This document shows, piece by piece, positions 9,182 through 16,871 of a DNA stretch of 64,000 bases. Origin of the DNA: Candidatus Krumholzibacteriia bacterium (GTDB taxonomy: Bacteria > Krumholzibacteriota > Krumholzibacteriia > JAJRXK01); assembly GCA_041484665.1 (NCBI GenBank), contig JBGPIA010000001.1, positions 995,582 through 1,059,581 of the forward strand, in the 5' to 3' direction. Under the pieces are notes generated by a model. That model did not search any database and was not told the origin of the DNA. It was given only the letters and a program-made list of their open reading frames with translations. Every line of letters starts with the position of its first letter. The stretch's first letter is position 1. The translations under genes were made by a program, and so were the position numbers.

Positions 9182-10177
9182 ATGGTCGAGACCCCCTGCC
9201 CGCTTTGCGCCGCGCGCGACCCGCAGCCTTACCTGCGTGTCCCGGACAGGCTGCAGCCGGCCCGCGGCCGCATCCATGCGCTGCAACGCTGCCTGCGCTG
9301 CGGTCTCGTCTACTTGAGCCCGCGCCCTACGGAGGAGGAGAGCACGCGCCACTACGCCGCCACCGATTACCAGCCCTTCGTCTCGGCGCGCGGGCTGGCG
9401 GGGGACCGGCTTTCGTTTTACGACCGTCTCTACGTGGCCGTGCGCCGCGTGAACGTTCGCTGGAAGCGGCGGCTGATCGAGCGCTGGCGGCGCCCTGCGG
9501 GCAGGTTGCTGGAGATCGGCTGCGGCACCGGCGAGCTGCTGGCCGAGCTGCGGCGGGTGGGCTGGCAGGTCCGCGGCGTCGAGCGCGATACGGCCGCCGC
9601 CGCGCACGCGCAGCAGGCGCTGCAGCTAGCGGTGTGGGCGGGCGGGCTCGATGCCCTGCCCGGCAGGGAGGCCGGGTTCGACGTGGCCTGCCTGTGGCAC
9701 GTGCTCGAACACCTTCACGATCCCCACGGCGTCCTCGAGCAAGTCCGGACGCGCCTGGCGCACGATGCGCTGCTCGTGCTCGCCGTCCCCAACGCCCAAG
9801 GCCTCGATGCGCGCGTGTACGGCGCAAGCTGGGTCGCCTACGATGCGCCCCGCCATCTGCACCACTGGAGCCTGGACACGCTCGAGCAGCTTTGCGGCGG
9901 GCACGGCTTCCGCCTGCTGTCGGCTGGACCCTTGCCCCTCGACGCCGCGTTCAACACCCTCATGAGCGAGCACCTGCGCGGGCAGAGGGCGGATGCAAGC
10001 GCCGCGTGGCCGCTCACGGGCGCGGCGCGCTGGCGTGGGGGCGCCCTGCGTCTGCTCGTGGGCGCCGTGCGCGTCGCCGCGGTCCTGCTCGCGAGCTTGA
10101 GCGCGGGCTGGTGGCCGGCGCGCGCTGTCCGGGCACGCTATGCCTCGACTCTCGTCACGGTCTGGAGGAGAGCTTGA
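9182..10177 (+). CDS. Class I SAM-dependent methyltransferase with N-terminal Cys pairs
   Basis: CPLC...CLRCGLVY, LLEIGCGTG, WHVLEHLHDP and PRHLHHWS. Confidence 0.85.
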   Translation: MVETPCPLCAARDPQPYLRVPDRLQPARGRIHALQRCLRCGLVYLSPRPTEEESTRHYAATDYQPFVSARGLAGDRLSFYDRLYVAVRRVNVRWKRRLIERWRRPAGRLLEIGCGTGELLAELRRVGWQVRGVERDTAAAAHAQQALQLAVWAGGLDALPGREAGFDVACLWHVLEHLHDPHGVLEQVRTRLAHDALLVLAVPNAQGLDARVYGASWVAYDAPRHLHHWSLDTLEQLCGGHGFRLLSAGPLPLDAAFNTLMSEHLRGQRADASAAWPLTGAARWRGGALRLLVGAVRVAAVLLASLSAGWWPARAVRARYASTLVTVWRRA

Positions 10178-11151
10178 TCGACACGCCTGCGGTCCAAGCG
10201 CCCGTGCCGGGAGCCCGCCTGCGTCGGCGCCACATCGTGTCGGGCGTGGCGAGCAGCGCCCTCTCCTTGGTGTTGCTGTTTCTGCTGCTACGGCACACGG
10301 ACTGGCGCGAGGTCGGAGCGCTCCTGCGCCAGGCGCGTCCGGGCTGGCTGCTGCTCGGGATGGGCGGGGTCGTGCTGACGGTCGTGGGCAGGGCCCTCGT
10401 GTGGAGGGTGCTGCTGTGGCCCTCGGGCCCGTTGTCCGTCTGGACCGTCACGCGGGCGCTGGTGCTGGGCCTGACCATCAACAACCTGTTGCCGGCGCGC
10501 ATGGGGGAACCGTTCCGCGCCGGCGTGATCGCGCGGGAACAGAAGCGCAGCCTCGTGACCGTGCTCGCGGCCGTGCTGGCCGAGACGCTCGCGACCGGAG
10601 TGCTGCTGGTCACGATGGGCACGATCGCGCTCGCTCGCTCTGGATCGCTGCCCTGGTTCGACCGAGCGGCCAAACCACTGCTGGCGGCGTGTCTGCTCGT
10701 GCTGGTGGCCCTCTCCATCCTGGCCCGCCGCCCGCAGCCCGCTGTCAGCGGCCGCCTGGGAGCGCTGCTGGGCCGCATGCGCGAGGGAAGCCTCGCGCTG
10801 GCGCGCCCACTCGCGGTGGTGCGCATGCTGGTGTGGGCCACGCTCTCCTTCACGGGGCAGTTGATCCTGCTGACCGCGGTGCAGCGGTCGTTGGGGCTGG
10901 CGCAACCGCTGCACGCGATCGTGGTCACCGTGGTGGCGATGAATCTCGCCGGCGCTCTGCCCTCCGCGCCGGCGGCGCTGGGCACGCTCGAACTGGGCGC
11001 CCTGGGAGCGCTCGCTCTCTACCAGGTGCCGCGCAGACTGGCCGTGTCCACTACACTGTTGTTCCACACGCTCGTGACCGTCCCCACCACCGCGGTGGGC
11101 GTCGTGCTCCTGACACGCATGGGGATCCGGTGGCGACCGCGCCCAGGTTGA
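10174..11151 (+). CDS. Lysylphosphatidylglycerol synthase TM-domain protein (putative flippase)
   Basis: Multi-TM; INNLLPARMGEPFRA and LPSAPAALGTLE; TTGA overlap with the methyltransferase. Confidence 0.8.
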   Translation: MIDTPAVQAPVPGARLRRRHIVSGVASSALSLVLLFLLLRHTDWREVGALLRQARPGWLLLGMGGVVLTVVGRALVWRVLLWPSGPLSVWTVTRALVLGLTINNLLPARMGEPFRAGVIAREQKRSLVTVLAAVLAETLATGVLLVTMGTIALARSGSLPWFDRAAKPLLAACLLVLVALSILARRPQPAVSGRLGALLGRMREGSLALARPLAVVRMLVWATLSFTGQLILLTAVQRSLGLAQPLHAIVVTVVAMNLAGALPSAPAALGTLELGALGALALYQVPRRLAVSTTLLFHTLVTVPTTAVGVVLLTRMGIRWRPRPG

Positions 11152-11179
11152 GGCGTATACTGGGATCCTCCTGGGTCCT

Positions 11180-11228
11180 CCATCGGAAGCAGCGCCATCG
11201 GAAGCAGCCCCATCGGAAGCAGCGCCAT
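11180..11228. repeat. Tandem 15-bp repeat CCATCGGAAGCAGC(G/C) x3
   Basis: Read directly; intergenic, with no spacers. Confidence 0.9.
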
Positions 11229-11273
11229 TGCGTGCCACGAACGGGCCGACTCGATCCCCGCGCTGTGCCATCC

Positions 11274-12713
11274 ATGATCCTCAAGCAATACTACCTGGGC
11301 TGCCTGGCGCAGGCGTCGTACCTCATCGGGGACTTGAAAAGCAAGCGCGCCGCCATCGTCGATCCGCGCCGGGACACCCAGGAGTATCTGGACGACGCGC
11401 GGGCGCTGGGCCTCTCCATCGGGCACGTGCTCCTCTCTCACTTCCACGCTGACTTCGTGTCGGGTCATCTGGAGCTGCAGGAGCTGACCGGCGCCACGAT
11501 CCATCTGGGGGCGCGCGCCACGGCCGAGTTCGCCTTCGTGCCCATGGCCGACGGATCGGCGCTGGAGCTGGGGTCGGTGCGCCTCGAGGTGCTCGAGACC
11601 CCCGGCCATACGCCCGAATCGATCTGCATCGTGGTCTACGATGGGAGCGACGATCGCCGCCGGCCGCGCGCGGTGCTCACGGGCGACACGCTCTTCATCG
11701 GCGACGTCGGGCGACCCGACCTGATGGCGTCCACCGGCTTCACCGCCCACGAGCTGGCCGGCCAGCTGTACGAATCGCTGCACGGTAAGCTGCTGCGCCT
11801 GCCCGACGACACGCTGGTCTATCCGGGTCACGGCGCCGGATCCATGTGCGGGAAGAACCTCGGCTCCGAGACAGTCTCGACCCTGGGCGCGCAGCGCCGC
11901 TCCAACTACGCTCTGCAGCCGATGCCCAAAGACGAGTTCATCCGACTGGTGACGGCCGACCAGCTCGAGGCTCCCGCCTATTTCGCCTTCGACGCGCAGC
12001 TCAACCGCAGCCGGAGGGCAATATTGCCGGAATCGATGCAGCGCGGCCTGCGCCCGTTGTCCTTGCCAGCCTTGCTCGCGCTGCGCGCGCACGGCGCGCA
12101 ACTGCTCGACGCGCGCGAGGCGGCCGACTTCGCCCGCGCGCACCTGGCGGGGAGCGTCAACATCGGACTGGGTGGCAGCTATGCGACCTGGGCGGGCACG
12201 CTCCTGGACCGCGATCGTCCCATCGTGATCGTGTGCGAGCCGGGTCGTGAGTACGAGGCGACCATGCGCCTGGGCCGCATCGGCCTGGACCACGTGGCCG
12301 GTTTCCTGCAGGGGGGCATCGACGCTGCCGCGCCTGAACCACAGGCGCTTCACCCTGCGGCGCCTGCGGCTGAGTCACTCTGGTCGTTGGACCGTATCAC
12401 CCCGCTGGAGCTGGCCGTGCAGCTGCGTGCCGCCGCGCCGCCGGTCGTGCTGGACGTGCGGACGACGCGGGAATGGCAGGAGAAGCGTATCGCCACCGCC
12501 ATTCACGTGCCATTGACGAAGCTGCGCGAGCGCATGGGCGAGCTGCCGGCGGACCGGCCCCTGGTCGTCCACTGCGCGGGTGGGTATCGATCGTCGACGG
12601 CAGCCAGCCTCCTGCGCAACGCGGGGCATGGCCACGTCGCCGACCTGGCCGGCGGCATCGACGCATGGGTGCAGGCCGGCCATCCGGTGGAGACCGCGCT
12701 CGCGATCCCCTAG
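11274..12713 (+). CDS. MBL-fold metallo-hydrolase fused to two rhodanese domains (persulfide dioxygenase/sulfurtransferase-like)
   Basis: CLAQASYLI, SHFHADFVSGH, TPGHTPES, TGDTLFIGDVGRPDL, YPGHGAGSMCG and C-terminal VHCAGGYRS. Confidence 0.88.
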   Translation: MILKQYYLGCLAQASYLIGDLKSKRAAIVDPRRDTQEYLDDARALGLSIGHVLLSHFHADFVSGHLELQELTGATIHLGARATAEFAFVPMADGSALELGSVRLEVLETPGHTPESICIVVYDGSDDRRRPRAVLTGDTLFIGDVGRPDLMASTGFTAHELAGQLYESLHGKLLRLPDDTLVYPGHGAGSMCGKNLGSETVSTLGAQRRSNYALQPMPKDEFIRLVTADQLEAPAYFAFDAQLNRSRRAILPESMQRGLRPLSLPALLALRAHGAQLLDAREAADFARAHLAGSVNIGLGGSYATWAGTLLDRDRPIVIVCEPGREYEATMRLGRIGLDHVAGFLQGGIDAAAPEPQALHPAAPAAESLWSLDRITPLELAVQLRAAAPPVVLDVRTTREWQEKRIATAIHVPLTKLRERMGELPADRPLVVHCAGGYRSSTAASLLRNAGHGHVADLAGGIDAWVQAGHPVETALAIP

Positions 12714-13556
12714 CTGGGCGGTGTCGGCCGTCGATCCTCCCAGGATCCAGAACACGGCCACGGCCAGGGCGATGCGGTAGACCCCGAATGGCACGAGACC
12801 GTGCCGCACGAGCCACGCCACGAAGCCCTTCACCGCGAACGCAGCGCTGACCGCCGCCACCACCATTCCGATGACGAGGGCCAGCGGGCCGACGCCGGCC
12901 GCCAGTTGCGACCCATGCTTCGCCAGGTCGTAGAGGGTCGCGGCGCCCAGCGTGGGCAAAGCCAGCAGGAATGAGAACTCCGCGGCAGCCACCGGCGTGA
13001 GCCCCACCGCGAGGCCGCCCAGGATCGTCACGAGCGAGCGCGACGTCCCCGGCCACAGCGCGAGGCACTGGCAGAGCCCGATGATCAACGCACCGCGCAG
13101 GGTGAGTCCCTCGATCGCATGCCCCTCGCGCTCGCGGCGACGGCGCAGCGTGCGGTCGAGGATGATCATGACCACCCCACCCACGGCCAGCGCGGCGGCA
13201 ACCGGCAGCGGGAAGAAGAGCCGCTCCTTCAGCGGCTTCTCGAACAGGAATCCGGTTACGGCTGCCGGCACGAAGGCGACGACCAGGCTCAGGAGCAGCC
13301 TTCGCCCCTGCGCATCGCGCCCGACGAGACCGCGGGCCATCTGCGCCACGCGCGCGCGGTACAGCCCCAGCACCGCGCACACGGCGCCCAGCTGGATGAC
13401 GACGTCGAAGTCCTTCACCGCGTCGCCCGTCAGGCCCAGTGCGCGCCCGGCCAGGATGAGGTGGCCCGTGGACGACACTGGTAGGTACTCGGTGAGGCCC
13501 TCCACGAGCCCAAGGATCGCCGCGTCGACGGGCGACAGTCCGACGATGGGAGTCAT
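12375..13556 (-). CDS. uppP: Undecaprenyl-diphosphate phosphatase (BacA family) with long C-terminal read-through
   Basis: LGLVEGLTEYLPVSSTGHL, VIQLGA, PGTSRS, AAEFSFLLALP and FGVYRI. Homology ends near 12730 but the frame stays open to 12375. Confidence 0.9.
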   Translation of the reverse strand: MTPIVGLSPVDAAILGLVEGLTEYLPVSSTGHLILAGRALGLTGDAVKDFDVVIQLGAVCAVLGLYRARVAQMARGLVGRDAQGRRLLLSLVVAFVPAAVTGFLFEKPLKERLFFPLPVAAALAVGGVVMIILDRTLRRRREREGHAIEGLTLRGALIIGLCQCLALWPGTSRSLVTILGGLAVGLTPVAAAEFSFLLALPTLGAATLYDLAKHGSQLAAGVGPLALVIGMVVAAVSAAFAVKGFVAWLVRHGLVPFGVYRIALAVAVFWILGGSTADTAQLGDRERGLHRMAGLHPCVDAAGQVGDVAMPRVAQEAGCRRRSIPTRAVDDQGPVRRQLAHALAQLRQWHVNGGGDTLLLPFPRRPHVQHDRRRGGTQLHGQLQRGDTVQRPE

Positions 13557-13705
13557 GTCAGCTCCTGCTGCTCGGGCAGGACCCAGATGGCGACGGAGCG
13601 GTCCAGCCGCGTATCGCGCGCCTTGTACACTTCGCCCCTGCCGCCGGCGCCGAGCGGGGCGACGATCTCGTGGGGGCCGAGTCGAGTGCCGGAGGCGAGA
13701 GCCAT
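13553..13705 (-). pseudogene. 50-codon relic of a Hanks-type Ser/Thr kinase N-terminus
   Basis: MALASGTRLGPHEIVAPLGAGGRGEVYKARDTRLDRSVAIWVLP matches kinase subdomains I-II with VAIK changed to VAIW. The stop overlaps the uppP ATG. Confidence 0.8.
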
Positions 13706-13989
13706 TGCGCTGTCAGCCGCGCTCCCCGCGCGAGCGGCGCCATGGTACTCCGCCGGCCGGGCTCGCTCCACCCCATAAGCTCCTGACTGCGCGAGCCGGC
13801 GCGGATCTCCAGTGCGGCGACCTTGCGGGCGGTACGCTGCGCCAGCGGGTGCGCCGGGCACCGCCGGCCCGGGATGCCGATCCGGCGAGCCGCCGGACGC
13901 CTTGGCCTCACGCGGGAGTCTCACGCGGCGGCCGCACTCGGGCGCCGGACCTGCCAGCCGGTGACGCGTGCTCCGCAGAGTTGCCGCGA

Positions 13990-14028
13990 GTTCACACGCG
14001 CTTCACAGATCCGTCACCTCTCACTCAT
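13990..14028 (+). promoter_or_regulatory. Pho-box-like array of four direct repeats with 11-bp period
   Basis: TTCAC (13991), TTCAC (14002), GTCAC (14013) and CTCAT (14024), upstream of the porin gene. Confidence 0.6.
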
Positions 14029-14131
14029 AGCCTGCTCGCCGTTCGCTAACGGCAGCCCTCGCTGCCGGCCTCGGAAGTGGGTTCTGCCGGCCTGGGGGCT
14101 GGAGGGATCGGCATTGCAAGGAGGGATGTTC

Positions 14132-15475
14132 ATGCGAGGAGGGCACTCGGGGCGCGCTCTGGTGGCCAGCGGGGCGATGATCCTCGGCCTGGCCATGGCC
14201 GCCGGATCGTCGGCGCAGAACATGTTCTATCGCGAGGCGGAGAAGAATGGCCGGATCTACGTCTTCGCCCTGATGGCAGAGTTCCAGAACTTCGAAAAGA
14301 CCGGTGAGATGGGCAAGTCGATGACCCGCCTGGGCTACGGACCCGGCGGGGAGACCGTGGTGTTCGACGGTCCCGATGCGATCAACTTCTACAATTTCAA
14401 GCACGGCAGGCCGGGGGAGGTCTTCCCGCAGCCGGTGGAGGCCCCCAAGCCCGCAGACACCTTCTCGGTCAAGGTTGGCGGGACCATCTTCACCGATTTC
14501 ACCTTCACCGACGCTCCCAAGGCCACCGACGCCGACGGCAACGGCATCCGCAAGAGCGAGTTCGAGGCTCGCCGCGCCTATATCAATGTGACGGGCTCGG
14601 TCTCGGATCTGATCGGCTTCCGGATCACGCCGGACGTGGCCTCGCGGCAGGCCACCACTGCCTCCGGTCTGCCCAGCGGCGCCACGGTCGCCGGCAACCT
14701 CGACGGGAGCCTGACGACCCGCCTCAAGTACGGCTACGGGCAGCTCAACCTGGACCGCTTCGTCACCAAGGGCTCGTGGGCGCGGATCGGCCAGCAGCAG
14801 ACGCCGTACGTCGACTACATGGAGGGCATCTACCGGTATCGTTTCCAGGGGTCCATCTTCGTGGACCGTGAAGGCTTCCTGAGCTCGTCGGACGTCGGTC
14901 TCTCCGCGCGCTACGCGTTCCCGCACGACTATGGCGACGTCCACGCCGGCGTCTACAACGGCGACACCTACAGCAAGGCCGAAGCCAACGACCAGAAGGC
15001 GTTCCAGGTCCGGGGCTCGTTGCGCCCGCTCCCGAAGACGACGGTCCTCAGCGGCCTGCGGCTGGCCGCTTTCTACGACCTCGACCACCCGGTGAAGAGC
15101 GCCGACCGCAAGCGCTTCGTAGGGGCCGTGACCTTCGAGCACACGTACGTGAACGCGGGCTGCGAATTCCTGGACGCCAAGGACAACTCGAGCGCGACCA
15201 AGCCCGTGGTGGCTTCAGACGGCTGGTCGGCGTGGGTGACGCCGCGCAGCAAGGTCGGCCTCGAGGGGCTCTTCCGCTACGACAGCCTCAAGCCGAACAA
15301 GGATGTGGACGCGCGGAAGAAGCGCGCTCTCGTGGGCCTCGCGTATTGGTTCAAGGTGCAGAAGTCGCCCCTGGCGGCAGCTCTGCTGGCGGACTACGAG
15401 CAGGTCGAGTACGACACCGCCCTAGCCAAGCCCAAGGAGAAGCGCTTCGAGCTGAAAGCTCTGTTCAACTTCTGA
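14132..15475 (+). CDS. Outer-membrane beta-barrel porin (phosphate-selective porin-like) with extra N-terminal domain
   Basis: AAGGAGG RBS, signal peptide, FEARRAYINVTG, RLKYGY, RIGQQQTP, GVYNG and terminal aromatic ...ALFNF. Confidence 0.7.
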   Translation: MRGGHSGRALVASGAMILGLAMAAGSSAQNMFYREAEKNGRIYVFALMAEFQNFEKTGEMGKSMTRLGYGPGGETVVFDGPDAINFYNFKHGRPGEVFPQPVEAPKPADTFSVKVGGTIFTDFTFTDAPKATDADGNGIRKSEFEARRAYINVTGSVSDLIGFRITPDVASRQATTASGLPSGATVAGNLDGSLTTRLKYGYGQLNLDRFVTKGSWARIGQQQTPYVDYMEGIYRYRFQGSIFVDREGFLSSSDVGLSARYAFPHDYGDVHAGVYNGDTYSKAEANDQKAFQVRGSLRPLPKTTVLSGLRLAAFYDLDHPVKSADRKRFVGAVTFEHTYVNAGCEFLDAKDNSSATKPVVASDGWSAWVTPRSKVGLEGLFRYDSLKPNKDVDARKKRALVGLAYWFKVQKSPLAAALLADYEQVEYDTALAKPKEKRFELKALFNF

Positions 15476-15682
15476 CGGTATCAGCGGGCAAGAAGCCTCG
15501 GCGGCTGGCACCGCACGGCGAGCTGCCCGCTCGACGCCTGGGGGGCAGCGATCGGGCTGCGGGCGAGCTCTGGCACCTGCCGGTGAATGCGGCCGAGCCC
15601 ACCCTCGCCACGGTCCAGCGTTTCGGCCGAGCGCCGGGCCGTGAGCCGGGCGTGACCCGGGTGCCGGTGTGGGCTCTGCGGC

Positions 15683-16804
15683 TCAGGACCCCGTGTAGCG
15701 CAGCACCAGGCAGGTGAGGTCGTCCTCGTGGGGGGCGGGACCGGCGAATGACTCCACGGACGTCATCAAACGCTGCAACGCAGCGGCGGCGCCGGCATCC
15801 CGCATCGCGCGCAGCAGCTCCAGCAGCCGCGGCTCGCCGTAGTCCTCGCCGCGGTCGTCCTGCGCGTCGACCACGCCGTCGGTGAAGATCACCAGCAGAT
15901 CGCCCGGAGACAGCATTACGGTCCCGGACTCGTACCGCACATCGGCCTGGATTCCCAGCGGCAGGCCGCCCGCCTCGAGCCGGACGAGCTCGCCGCTGGC
16001 GCGGCGGAGGACCGGCGCGTTGTGGCCGGCATTGACGTAGGTGAGCGCGCCGCTTTCGACATCGAGCTCCGCGAGGACGGCCGTGGTGAAGCGGCGCCCG
16101 TCCATGCTGTGCTCGCAGCTGTAGCGGTTCAGTTGTCCAACCAGCTCGCGCAGCGGCAGGGGCTCGTACGTCAGCGTCCGCAGGCTCGCCTGGAAGGTGG
16201 CCATGAGCAGCGCGGCGGGCATGCTCTTGCCAGCCACGTCGGCGATCACGACGATCAGGGGCTGCGCCGCTTCCGGCGCGCCATCCGACGGGCGCAGGAA
16301 CGCGTCGTAGTAATCGCCCGCCACGGTGTTGGCTGGGCGGGTCGTGAACGCGATGTCGACCCCGTGGATCTGCGGGACCGTCTGGGGCACCAGCCACTGC
16401 TGGATCTCGCGCGCGATCTGCAGATCGCGCTTCATCGTCACCCAGTCCGCGAGCTCCAGCACCAGCACGATGAGGACCATCACCGCACCGGCGAGGGCCC
16501 GTCCCGCGCTGCGGTCGCCCTGCCCCCAGAGAATCAAGACCAGCGCCACGAGCAGGAAGACCCGGCGCGCCGGCGAGAGCTTCATGAGCATCGCCCACGC
16601 CAGCGCCTTGACGGTGGTCAGCCACCGCCTCCAGCGCGGCTGCTCGGCAAGCTCTTCGTCCAGCTCCTGGGTGTAGACCCGGTAGCTGGCCCCCGCTTCC
16701 CTGCGGAACTGCACCCACAGCTCCCGCAGCGTGAGCCCTTCGGTCACGCGGTGCCAGAAGCCGCGCAGCCGCGTCCGCCGCCAGAAGCCCCTCATGCGCT
16801 CCAT
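15683..16804 (-). CDS. PP2C/SpoIIE-family (RsbU-like) protein phosphatase with two TM helices
   Basis: DLQIAREIQ, VAGDYYD, IADVAGKSMPAALLM, YVNAGHN, FTDGVVD and EDDLT. Start uncertain (16795-16813). Confidence 0.9.
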   Translation of the reverse strand: MERMRGFWRRTRLRGFWHRVTEGLTLRELWVQFRREAGASYRVYTQELDEELAEQPRWRRWLTTVKALAWAMLMKLSPARRVFLLVALVLILWGQGDRSAGRALAGAVMVLIVLVLELADWVTMKRDLQIAREIQQWLVPQTVPQIHGVDIAFTTRPANTVAGDYYDAFLRPSDGAPEAAQPLIVVIADVAGKSMPAALLMATFQASLRTLTYEPLPLRELVGQLNRYSCEHSMDGRRFTTAVLAELDVESGALTYVNAGHNAPVLRRASGELVRLEAGGLPLGIQADVRYESGTVMLSPGDLLVIFTDGVVDAQDDRGEDYGEPRLLELLRAMRDAGAAAALQRLMTSVESFAGPAPHEDDLTCLVLRYTGS

Positions 16805-16871
16805 CGACCCCATCGACCCGCTCCCCACCGTCCCGGACCCGCAACCGGCGCCCGGCGGCGGGCGCTTGGGG

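Noticed and set aside
11180..11228. Possible CRISPR array
   Set aside because: Units are 15 bp and directly abutting, with no unique spacers and no cas genes.
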